Made by a program: the position numbers and the translations under genes. The notes under the pieces are model-generated. The model saw nothing but the letters and a program-made list of their open reading frames with translations. It was not told where the DNA came from and made no database searches. From an uncultured delta proteobacterium (GTDB lineage: Bacteria > Myxococcota_A > Polyangia > Polyangiales > Polyangiaceae), in assembly GCA_963716725.1 (NCBI GenBank), contig CAVQUB010000003.1, forward strand, positions 192,001 through 256,000: a stretch of 64,000 bases of DNA, read 5' to 3'. The first letter of the stretch is position 1. Each line of letters starts with the position of its first letter. Positions 1-8,071 of the stretch are shown piece after piece.

Positions 1-32
1 TCACCATCAAGACCAAGGCCGGTCGCATCCAG

Positions 33-1341
33 GGCTCCTCCGCACGCGCGGAGGTCTACCTTGGACGCAGGCCAACGGTGTCACGGTGTTTACGGCTCCT
101 CCGCACGCGCGGAGGTCTACCTCGTGGAGAGCGACGAGGCGAGTGCGACGCTCGGGCTCCTCCGCACGCGCGGAGGTCTACCCGCGATGCCGTTGGACGG
201 CGGGCACCGCAAGCAGGCTCCTCCGCACGCGCGGAGGTCTACCTGGCTGATGAGCGCGACCGCGTGGCCGCTCATGGGCTCCTCCGCACGCGCGGAGGTC
301 TACCCGATCGAGTGTTGGGCGACGGAGTAGTTCTCGAGGCTCCTCCGCACGCGCGGAGGTCTACCTGGCTCCGGAGATTTGGAACTCGTTGAGCCGGCGG
401 CTCCTCCGCACGCGCGGAGGTCTACCCGATCTGGGAAACCAGGGAGCAAATCAGCGTGCGGCTCCTCCGCACGCGCGGAGGTCTACCTCTGTTGGTACAA
501 TCGCGCATCGTCGGCGGCGCGGCTCCTCCGCACGCGCGGAGGTCTACCTGTCCGCGTACCAGGCGATAGGCTGGCCCGAGGGGCTCCTCCGCACGCGCGG
601 AGGTCTACCTGGCGCGAGGCAGAAAAGAAGGCGTATGGAGGCGGCTCCTCCGCACGCGCGGAGGTCTACCCCAAAGCGCAGCGTCACTGCCTACCACACT
701 GCGGGCTCCTCCGCACGCGCGGAGGTCTACCCGCCTCCCGCAGCCGCTCGACCTCCGCGGTCAGGGCTCCTCCGCACGCGCGGAGGTCTACCTCAAGGCC
801 ATGGTCGCCACTCGGCGCTGGTAGGGGCTCCTCCGCACGCGCGGAGGTCTACCGCTGACGAAGCGTTGCGCGACCCGATTGGCTCGGGCTCCTCCGCACG
901 CGCGGAGGTCTACCTGTCCTCGTACCAGGCGATAGGCTGGCCCGAGGGGCTCCTCCGCACGCGCGGAGGTCTACCTCGCCCACCGGGATGCGGAATATCT
1001 CTGCGCCCGGCTCCTCCGCACGCGCGGAGGTCTACCTGCTGCGAAACAGACGTCATCTCGAGTTGCGGTGGCTCCTCCGCACGCGCGGAGGTCTACCCGG
1101 CGAGCTCGGACTCAATGTGCCTCAACCACGGGCTCCTCCGCACGCGCGGAGGTCTACCCGCATCGCCGCTGGAGACACCTTCGTGATCGACGGCTCCTCC
1201 GCACGCGCGGAGGTCTACCTCGAGGGAAAGATGGCGTTCAACGCGACGCGGCGGCTCCTCCGCACGCGCGGAGGTCTACCCCCCGGTCCAACTTCGTAAG
1301 TCTGTGGACACTGGGCTCCTCCGCACGCGCGGAGGTCCGGC
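33..1341 (+). CRISPR. Type I-E-like CRISPR array, trailer end (continues off the left edge)
   Basis: 28-bp repeat GGCTCCTCCGCACGCGCGGAGGTCTACC at an exact 61-bp period from 33 to 1314 (22 copies, 21 complete 33-bp spacers, plus a partial spacer at 1-32). 7-bp stem CCTCCGC/GCGGAGG with ACGC loop. The last copy degenerates after 24 nt, marking the trailer. The 28+33 geometry is typical of type I-E. Confidence 0.97.
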
Positions 1342-1437
1342 GGACCGCCGAGTCGCCACGCGGTGGGGCTACTTGCCCTCGCCACGGCCGGAGTCAGAGA
1401 TATGAAACGCCCTCGGCCTCGGGGCAATATCCCCCCG

Positions 1438-2121
1438 ATGCATGACGCGCTGTCCAACCCCACCCTGACCGCTGCGTCGCAACGAGCCCTCTCGGGGCTG
1501 CGCGATTTTTCGATGTTGCAGTGGTACGTGATACCGCTGTTGGCGGTCCTCTTCTACGTCTACGCCACCGAAGCGCAGAAGGCGCGGCGCAGCGGAGATT
1601 GGGCCCCGGTCCTCGCGGGGCTGACGCTCTTCGGAATGGACTTCGTCAACGAGAGCGTCAACGGTTGGATCCTGGCCTTGAGCGGCCGGTCGGCTTTGTG
1701 GACCGCGCCCGGCCCGACCGCGCTGCGCACCATGGTCGGTTGGAACCTCGAGATCATGTTCATGTTCGCGATCTCCGGCATCATCTACCACCACTCGCTC
1801 TCCGACGACCCGCAGCAGCGGCCGCTCTGGCGGCGACGCGAGGCGTGGGTCATCGCGGCGCTGTACTCGGCCTTCTGCGTGTTCATCGAGCTCTTTCTCA
1901 ACAAGGGTGGCCTGCTCGTCTGGGAGTACGCCTTTTGGACAAACTCGGTCGCTGGCGTCTGGCTCATCTTCCTGTTTGGCTATTTTCACTTCTATGTCGG
2001 CGTCATCTTGGTGCTCAGCCTGCGCAGGCTGCGCAGTCGGCTGATGGCAATAGGCGGCATCTACGGCACGGCCATCGCCTTGAACATCTTCGGCCTCGGC
2101 GTCATGGGCTGGCAGTACTGA
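1438..2121 (+). CDS. Multi-pass membrane protein, unknown function
   Basis: About 6 hydrophobic segments; ATG at 1438 is in frame with ORF 1363-2121. Confidence 0.8.
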   Translation: MHDALSNPTLTAASQRALSGLRDFSMLQWYVIPLLAVLFYVYATEAQKARRSGDWAPVLAGLTLFGMDFVNESVNGWILALSGRSALWTAPGPTALRTMVGWNLEIMFMFAISGIIYHHSLSDDPQQRPLWRRREAWVIAALYSAFCVFIELFLNKGGLLVWEYAFWTNSVAGVWLIFLFGYFHFYVGVILVLSLRRLRSRLMAIGGIYGTAIALNIFGLGVMGWQY

Positions 2122-2185
2122 GGCGCGGCGCCGTCAGGTCCGAAAATGGCCAGACAGGGCGGCGCCCCGGCGCTACATCAGCGCC

Positions 2186-3622
2186 GTGAGCCTCGACCCG
2201 GACAGCTGCTACCGCGCGCTTTCGAGCCGTGATGGCCGCTTCGACGGCGTGTTCTTCGTCGGCGTCGAGACCACCGGCGTGTACTGCCGGCCCATCTGTC
2301 CCGCCCGCACGCCGGGCAAGACGCGCTGCGTATTCTTCGCCCACGCGGCCGAAGCGGAGCGCGCGGGTTTTCGCGCTTGCTTTCGTTGCCGGCCAGAGCT
2401 TGCGCCGGGGCTCGCCAGCGTGGACTCGGTGTCGCGGCTGGCAGCGCGCGCGGCGGAGCAAATCGACGCGGGCTACCTGAACGAGCATGGCGTGGACGAT
2501 CTCGCGGGCATGTTGAAGGTCTCGGCGCGGCACCTGCGTCGCGCGCTCGAAAGCGAGTTGGGCGTCACGCCCATCGAGCTGGCGCAGACGCGGCGCTTGG
2601 CGATGGCGAAGCAGTTGCTCACGGACACCCGCATGCCTTTGGCGGAGGTTGGCTTCGCGTCGGGGTTCTCCAGCGTGCGCCGCTTCAACGCGGCGGTGCG
2701 AACGCGCTTCGGGCGCCCGGCGTCTCTGCTCCGGGGCGCCGCGCCGGCGGGCGAAGGCGCCATCCCCCTGCGGCTCGATTTCCGCCCGCCCTTCGATTTC
2801 GGCGCCACCCTGGACTTCCTGCGCGCGCGCGCGATCCCCGGCGTGGAGCGGGTCGGCCCGGACGAGTACACGCGCAGCATCTGCATCGAGGGCGTCGTGG
2901 GCGCCGTCTCCGTGCGAATGCACCCAACGCGCTCTGCCCTCGTCGCGCGCGTGTCGTCGTCCCTCACGTCAAAGCTCATGCCCGTCGCTCAGCGCCTGCG
3001 CGCACTCTTCGATCTGGACGCGCGGCCGCAGCAGATCGCGGCTCATTTGCGGCGCGACCCCCTGCTCGCTCCCCTGGTGAAGCGCCACCGCGGGCTGCGC
3101 ATCGTGGGAGCGTTTTCCGGCTTCGAGACCGCCGTGCGCGTGGTGCTCGGCCAGCAGGTCTCGGTTCCGGCGGCGACGACGCTCTCCGGGCGCGTCGCGG
3201 AGCGCTTTGGCGGCGCGTCCGGGCTCGAGGGCGTCGAGCGGATCTTCCCGGAGCCGAAGGTGCTCGCGGCAGCGACCGTCTCCCAGGTGCGCTCTGTCGG
3301 CGTCACCGAAGCGCGAGCACGGACCATCATCACCCTGAGCCGCGGCGTCGCGACCGGGCGCATCGACCTGGCGACGAGCGAGCCGGAGCCGCTCGTGGCG
3401 CAGCTCCTCGGGCTGGCCGGCATCGGGCCATGGTCTGCCCACGCGATCGCGCTCCGAGCGCTCTCGTGGCCCGACGCCTTTCCCGGCGGCGACTTGGTGC
3501 TGCGCCGCGCCCTCGGCGTCGACTCCGCGCGGGAGGCCGAAGAGCGAGCGGCGGAGTGGGCGCCCTGGCGTGCCTACGCCGCGATGCTCTTGTGGCGTGC
3601 AAGCTCGAAAGGAGAAGATTGA
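2186..3622 (+). CDS. alkA: Ada-type regulator / DNA-3-methyladenine glycosylase II fusion (AdaA-AlkA)
   Basis: Ada Zn motif (YCRPIC...RACFRCRP), AraC HTH (GFSSVRRFN), AlkA_N, and HhH-GPD motifs (GQQVSV, GIGPW, DAFP, WAPWRAYA). Confidence 0.93.
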   Translation: MSLDPDSCYRALSSRDGRFDGVFFVGVETTGVYCRPICPARTPGKTRCVFFAHAAEAERAGFRACFRCRPELAPGLASVDSVSRLAARAAEQIDAGYLNEHGVDDLAGMLKVSARHLRRALESELGVTPIELAQTRRLAMAKQLLTDTRMPLAEVGFASGFSSVRRFNAAVRTRFGRPASLLRGAAPAGEGAIPLRLDFRPPFDFGATLDFLRARAIPGVERVGPDEYTRSICIEGVVGAVSVRMHPTRSALVARVSSSLTSKLMPVAQRLRALFDLDARPQQIAAHLRRDPLLAPLVKRHRGLRIVGAFSGFETAVRVVLGQQVSVPAATTLSGRVAERFGGASGLEGVERIFPEPKVLAAATVSQVRSVGVTEARARTIITLSRGVATGRIDLATSEPEPLVAQLLGLAGIGPWSAHAIALRALSWPDAFPGGDLVLRRALGVDSAREAEERAAEWAPWRAYAAMLLWRASSKGED

Positions 3623-4185
3623 TGCTGGTGCACACAGTGATGGCGTCACCGCTGGGCAAGCTAAAGCTCGTGGCGAACGATCGCGGGCTGGTCGCCGTGG
3701 CACTGCCAGGTCAAGACGCGAAGGACGAGAGCATCGCGGTGCGAAGCCACGCCGTGCTCGACCAAGCGGCGCGAGAGCTGTCCGAGTATTTCGCCGGCAA
3801 GCGCCATCGCTTCACCATCAAGCTAGAGTTGCGGGGCACGCCGTTTCAGAAGCATGTGTGGCGGGCGCTCGCGCGCATCCCCTTCGGAAGGCGTCGGAGC
3901 TACGGCGAGCTGGCCCATGCCATCGGCAAGCCGGGTGCCGCCCGCGCCGTGGGTCGCGCCAACGCCACCAACCCCATTGCCATCCTCCTGCCCTGTCATC
4001 GGGTCGTCGGTGCGGACGGCGCTCTCACGGGCTACGCCGGCGGGGTGGCCGCCAAGCGCTGGCTGCTCGATCACGAGGAAAGCGCCGCCGCGCTCTGCTC
4101 GCACGCGAGTGCGCCATGCCCAACCCGAGTCAGAACCACCGCGGCCTCTGCTTGCGCAACTCGGCGAGATCGGCGGCTGGCGTGA
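3622..4185 (+). CDS. ogt: Methylated-DNA-protein-cysteine methyltransferase
   Basis: ATG overlaps the alkA stop (TGATG); GTPFQ..VW, SYGELA, ARAVGRA and active-site PCHRV motifs. Confidence 0.93.
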   Translation: MLVHTVMASPLGKLKLVANDRGLVAVALPGQDAKDESIAVRSHAVLDQAARELSEYFAGKRHRFTIKLELRGTPFQKHVWRALARIPFGRRRSYGELAHAIGKPGAARAVGRANATNPIAILLPCHRVVGADGALTGYAGGVAAKRWLLDHEESAAALCSHASAPCPTRVRTTAASACATRRDRRLA

Positions 4186-4376
4186 GACGCAGAATCCGAA
4201 CCGGTGCGCCGCGGTCGCGTGCTCCCAGCCGATGGTCTGGCAGAGCCGACTCGCTGGTGTGGCGCGCCCGACCAACTCGAGTGCGAGATCGCCGAGCTGA
4301 CGCGCGCCGACCGCCGCCAAGCGGTCCGCTCGACACCCGCACGACACATTCCCGCTACGAGTAGAAATCTGGGGCG

Positions 4377-4392
4377 TGGCACGGGTTCTGCT
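4377..4392 (+). promoter_or_regulatory. sigma54 (-24/-12) promoter of the metalloprotease gene
   Basis: TGGCACGGGTTCTGCT fits TGGCACG-N4-YTGC (GG-N10-GC), about 20-30 bp upstream of the start. Confidence 0.7.
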
Positions 4393-4410
4393 CTTCCGAA
4401 TCGGTGAGAG

Positions 4411-6141
4411 GTGCCGACCATGTTCAACGCACGCCCCTTCATTCCGGTCCTGATGCTCGCCGTCAGCGTCAGCGCCTGCGCGGCGCCCGAATCGATCGCG
4501 GACTCGGAAACCTGTGAGCGCGCAGACACGTGTTTCGAGTTCTGCTTGTGCGCGACCCATGAGGTCGAGCAGTGCAAGTCGGCCTGCGACAAGCAGGGCA
4601 ACCTGAGCCCAACCGGCGGCGGGTGGGCATCGGGCGGAGCGGGTCCAAGCACCGGCGGCAGCGGCGCAGGTGGCAGCGGCGCGGGCGGCAGCGGCGCGGG
4701 TGGCAGCGGCGCTCCTGCCGGAGGCTCCGGCGGTAATCCTGCGAGCGGCGGCCAAGGTGGCGCCCAGAGTCCCGCGGGAGCCCTCGCCAGCGGCATCGAC
4801 ATCGCCGAGATCGCCGTCTACCAAGGCGTGAAGATCTCCATCGCGAAGGGCGGCAGCGCCATCACCAATCGCAACGCTCCCGTGGTCGCGGGGCGCCCCG
4901 CGCTGGTGCGGGTCTTCTTGAGCCCAAAACCGGGCTTCAGCCCCCGGGAGCTCTTGGTTCGCCTCACCCTCGCGGGCAAGAACTACGAAAAGAAGCAGCT
5001 CGTCAGCGCAGCTTCGACGGACGAGACCCTCGCGAGCTCTGTCAACTTCCAGCTCGACTCGAGCGCCATCGGCAAAGCCAGCGACTATTCAGTCAGCGTG
5101 GAAGAAACCGGAGCCGCGGCCGGCGGCGACACGAAGGGCGCGCGTCATCCGAGTCAGGGAACGGAGGCCCTCGGCGCCAAGGATGCCGGCGGCAAGCTCG
5201 ACGTGGTGATCGTGCCCATCGTCGTCGGTGGCCAAGCGCCCGACACGAGCCAAGCGCGGCTCGACGCCTACCAGCAGCGGCTGTTCCAGCTTTATCCCGT
5301 GCCGGACGTCACGGTCTCGCTGCACGCTCCGGTCACCTACTCTGGGAGCATCAGCGGCAAGAGCGGGAGCCAGTGGGGCGCCGCCCTCGACTTCCTGTAC
5401 TCGCTCCGATCCAGCGAACAGCCGAGCTCGGACAAATACTACTATGGGGTGTTCGCCCCCGCTCCGAGCTTCTCGCAGTACTGCAGCGGAGGTTGCATCG
5501 CGGGTCTCAGCGCGCTGTCCCCCGCCGACGACGTCTTCAGTCGTGGCTCCATTGGCCTGGGGTTCTTCGCTCAGAACAGCTCTTTCAACAGTCCCGATAC
5601 GATGAGCCACGAGCTCGGTCACGCGCACGGTCTGCCCCACGCGCCCTGCGGAGTCGCCGGCGAAGGACCCTTTCCCTACGCCGGAGCCAAGATCGGTGCG
5701 TGGGGTTGGGATCTGCTCGGGTCGACGCTGCTGCCACCGACGAGTCGCGTCGACGTGATGAGCTACTGCGATCCGACCTGGATCAGTGACTTCAACTACG
5801 ACCGCCTGTTCAAGAGGGTGACCCACGTGCACGGCGTGCAGAGCCAGTGGATCGTGGAGCCCAACCGCGCGCCGGGGCGCTTCGTCAGCGTATTGGTGGA
5901 CGAAAACGGCGCTCCGAGCTGGGGCCACAGCTTCGACCTCGTGGATCCCGTTCTCGGCGACGCCGTCGAGCTCGAGCTGCTGGACGAAAGCGGGTCGGCT
6001 CGCGGCACCACCTCGGCCTACCGCTACGCGCTGAGCCACACCGAAGGCGAGCTGCTCCTGGTGCGCGAGTCCTCCTTCGCAACAGCTCACGCCATCCGGC
6101 GCGACGGGCGTCCCTCGCTCGCGGTGGCCGAGCGGCGCTGA
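4411..6141 (+). CDS. Secreted/lipoprotein zinc metalloprotease (M66-like, myxobacterial type)
   Basis: Lipobox (VSAC), Cys cluster, Gly/Ser linker, HELGHAHGLPH (HExxHxxGxxH) and Met-turn DVMSYC. Confidence 0.82.
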   Translation: MPTMFNARPFIPVLMLAVSVSACAAPESIADSETCERADTCFEFCLCATHEVEQCKSACDKQGNLSPTGGGWASGGAGPSTGGSGAGGSGAGGSGAGGSGAPAGGSGGNPASGGQGGAQSPAGALASGIDIAEIAVYQGVKISIAKGGSAITNRNAPVVAGRPALVRVFLSPKPGFSPRELLVRLTLAGKNYEKKQLVSAASTDETLASSVNFQLDSSAIGKASDYSVSVEETGAAAGGDTKGARHPSQGTEALGAKDAGGKLDVVIVPIVVGGQAPDTSQARLDAYQQRLFQLYPVPDVTVSLHAPVTYSGSISGKSGSQWGAALDFLYSLRSSEQPSSDKYYYGVFAPAPSFSQYCSGGCIAGLSALSPADDVFSRGSIGLGFFAQNSSFNSPDTMSHELGHAHGLPHAPCGVAGEGPFPYAGAKIGAWGWDLLGSTLLPPTSRVDVMSYCDPTWISDFNYDRLFKRVTHVHGVQSQWIVEPNRAPGRFVSVLVDENGAPSWGHSFDLVDPVLGDAVELELLDESGSARGTTSAYRYALSHTEGELLLVRESSFATAHAIRRDGRPSLAVAERR

Positions 6142-6265
6142 GCCTTGCCCCGAAGCAGGCCGAGGGCGCGGAAATCGACGACCTGAAACCTCTGGGTGCG
6201 CCTAACCCCTGGTCGATCTATGCTTTCGCTCAGGAGGGCGGCGCCCGAGTTCGAGCCAGTCGCGA

Positions 6266-7327
6266 ATGTTGGAATCTGCCGCGCGGCACGCCGCGAGTAT
6301 CGAGGTCGAGAGCACATCGGCTCTCCTTGTGCTGTCCGGGCCGCAGCACGTCTTCCTGGGCGAGGTCGCTCGTCAGAGCGGCGCGGAGATCAGCCTGCGC
6401 GGCAACGTCATCCACCTGGCTGGAGACGAAGACGACGTGCGCGTCGCGCAGCGCTTCTTGGTCGACGCCATGGTGCTGGTGAGCCGCGGCCACCAGCTGA
6501 CTCCGAGCGACGTTGGCCGCGCGCTGCGCGAGCTACGCATCGATCCGGACATCTCCCTCGTCGATCTGCTCGACGAAGCCATCTTGGTCTCGCCTCGACG
6601 CAGGGCCGTGCTGCCCAAGAGCCCGGCGCAGCGGGGCTACATCGAGGCCATTCGAAAGCACGACCTCACCTTCGGCATCGGCCCGGCGGGAACCGGCAAG
6701 ACCTACTTGGCGATGGCCATGGCGGCCTCCGCCTTGATGGCCAAGACCGTGAAGCGCATCGTGCTCACGCGTCCTGCGGTGGAGGCCGGCGAGAAGCTCG
6801 GTTTCTTGCCGGGTGACCTGGCCGAGAAGGTCAACCCGTACCTGCGCCCGCTCTACGACGCGCTCCACGACATGCTCGATTTCGACAAGGTCGAGCAGCT
6901 GCGGGAGCGTGGACAGATCGAGGTCGCGCCGCTGGCCTTCATGCGCGGCCGCACGCTCAACGACTCCTTCGTGATCCTGGACGAGGCCCAGAACGCCACC
7001 AGCGAGCAGATGCGCATGTTCCTGACCCGCCTCGGCTTCGGCTCCAAGGCCGTGGTCACCGGCGACATCACCCAGACCGACTTGCCGCGCGGCGCCCGCA
7101 GCGGCCTCCGAGAGGCCCGCGATCTCCTGTCGGCGGTCGAGGGCATCGCGTTTCGCGCGTTCAGTGACGTCGACGTGGTGCGCCACCCCATCGTTCAGAA
7201 GATCGTCATCGCCTACGAGGCGCAAGACGCCGAGCAAGCCCGGCTGCGCGAAGACAAACGCCTGGCGCGGGAGGCCCTGAGGCCCGAGAGCGCCGACGAG
7301 GGATCTCCGGACGACCGGCCGCGTTGA
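6266..7327 (+). CDS. phoH: PhoH family ATPase
   Basis: GPAGTGKT Walker [37 protein letters not shown]. Confidence 0.96.
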   Translation: MLESAARHAASIEVESTSALLVLSGPQHVFLGEVARQSGAEISLRGNVIHLAGDEDDVRVAQRFLVDAMVLVSRGHQLTPSDVGRALRELRIDPDISLVDLLDEAILVSPRRRAVLPKSPAQRGYIEAIRKHDLTFGIGPAGTGKTYLAMAMAASALMAKTVKRIVLTRPAVEAGEKLGFLPGDLAEKVNPYLRPLYDALHDMLDFDKVEQLRERGQIEVAPLAFMRGRTLNDSFVILDEAQNATSEQMRMFLTRLGFGSKAVVTGDITQTDLPRGARSGLREARDLLSAVEGIAFRAFSDVDVVRHPIVQKIVIAYEAQDAEQARLREDKRLAREALRPESADEGSPDDRPR

Positions 7328-7368
7328 CGAACGCGCTCTGCTCGGGCGAGCGCTCCGCGAGCGAGGCT
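7322..7368. repeat. Left imperfect direct repeat flanking the Uma2 gene
   Basis: CGTTGACGAACGCGC (7322-7336) is identical to 8023-8037; similarity extends about 45 bp. Confidence 0.85.
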
Positions 7369-7387
7369 GCCGGCGTTCAGCTCGAAG

Positions 7388-7954
7388 TCAGAGCTGCCAC
7401 AGCAGCGCCAAGTCGAGCACGATCGCGTCGAAAGGTTCGGCGCGCACCGCCGCGGCCTCGCGCCAGGTGTCGATGACGCGATACGTGTCACCGTCCAGCC
7501 GGAGCACTTCCAGCGTCTTCGCAATCGGATCGACGAGCCATGCGTGTCCAACGCGCGCGCGGGCGTAAAGCGGAAGCTTGTCCGCGCGGTCGAAGGCCTG
7601 AGTCGATGGTGAGAGCACCTCGCACGCCCAGTCCGGTGCCTGCGTAAAGAACGGAACGTCCGGGATCTCCGGCATGCTGGCCCGCCGCCATCCCGCTAGG
7701 TCGGGGACCACCACGTCGGCGCCGAGGTGCAGCTCGGGTTCGTCGAGGATCACCCAGCCGCCCGGGCCTCCGCGTCCACGCCGAAACGGCGGCCCCAACT
7801 CTTCCCCCAGAACAGACGCCGCGTTGGTGTGCCGGGCCGCGGGGCGTGGATGCGTGTGCAGGACACCCTCGACGAGTTCGGCAACCTTGTTCGGCGGTGC
7901 CGTCAAGACGTCCTCGTAGGTCGCACGGCGGCGCGCGGGACTGACCACGCTCAA
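7388..7954 (-). CDS. Uma2 family (PD-(D/E)xK) endonuclease
   Basis: AELVEG, EPELHLG..VVVPDLAGWR, PDWACEVLSPST, DRADKL.LY, WLVDP. Confidence 0.93.
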   Translation of the reverse strand: MSVVSPARRRATYEDVLTAPPNKVAELVEGVLHTHPRPAARHTNAASVLGEELGPPFRRGRGGPGGWVILDEPELHLGADVVVPDLAGWRRASMPEIPDVPFFTQAPDWACEVLSPSTQAFDRADKLPLYARARVGHAWLVDPIAKTLEVLRLDGDTYRVIDTWREAAAVRAEPFDAIVLDLALLWQL

Positions 7955-8022
7955 AGCGTGCCTTCCTCGACCTCTCGGTGCAACCCCCTACCGGACACGA
8001 GGGATCCCCGAACGCCCAGCCT

Positions 8023-8069
8023 CGTTGACGAACGCGCCCGCTCGGGCGAGCCTCCGCGACCGAGGGCAA
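8023..8069. repeat. Right imperfect direct repeat flanking the Uma2 gene; contains TTGACG (-35-like) upstream of the HD-GYP gene
   Basis: Copy of 7322-7368. Confidence 0.85.
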
Positions 8070-8071
8070 CG

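Noticed and set aside
61..1463. Several overlapping ORFs with repeated GSSARAEVY / LLRTRGGLP / APPHARRST
   Set aside because: They are translations of the CRISPR repeat in three frames
4090..4340. Extended ogt C-terminus and nearby inverted repeats as a transposase or REP remnant
   Set aside because: No convincing transposase motif in any frame and the repeats are short
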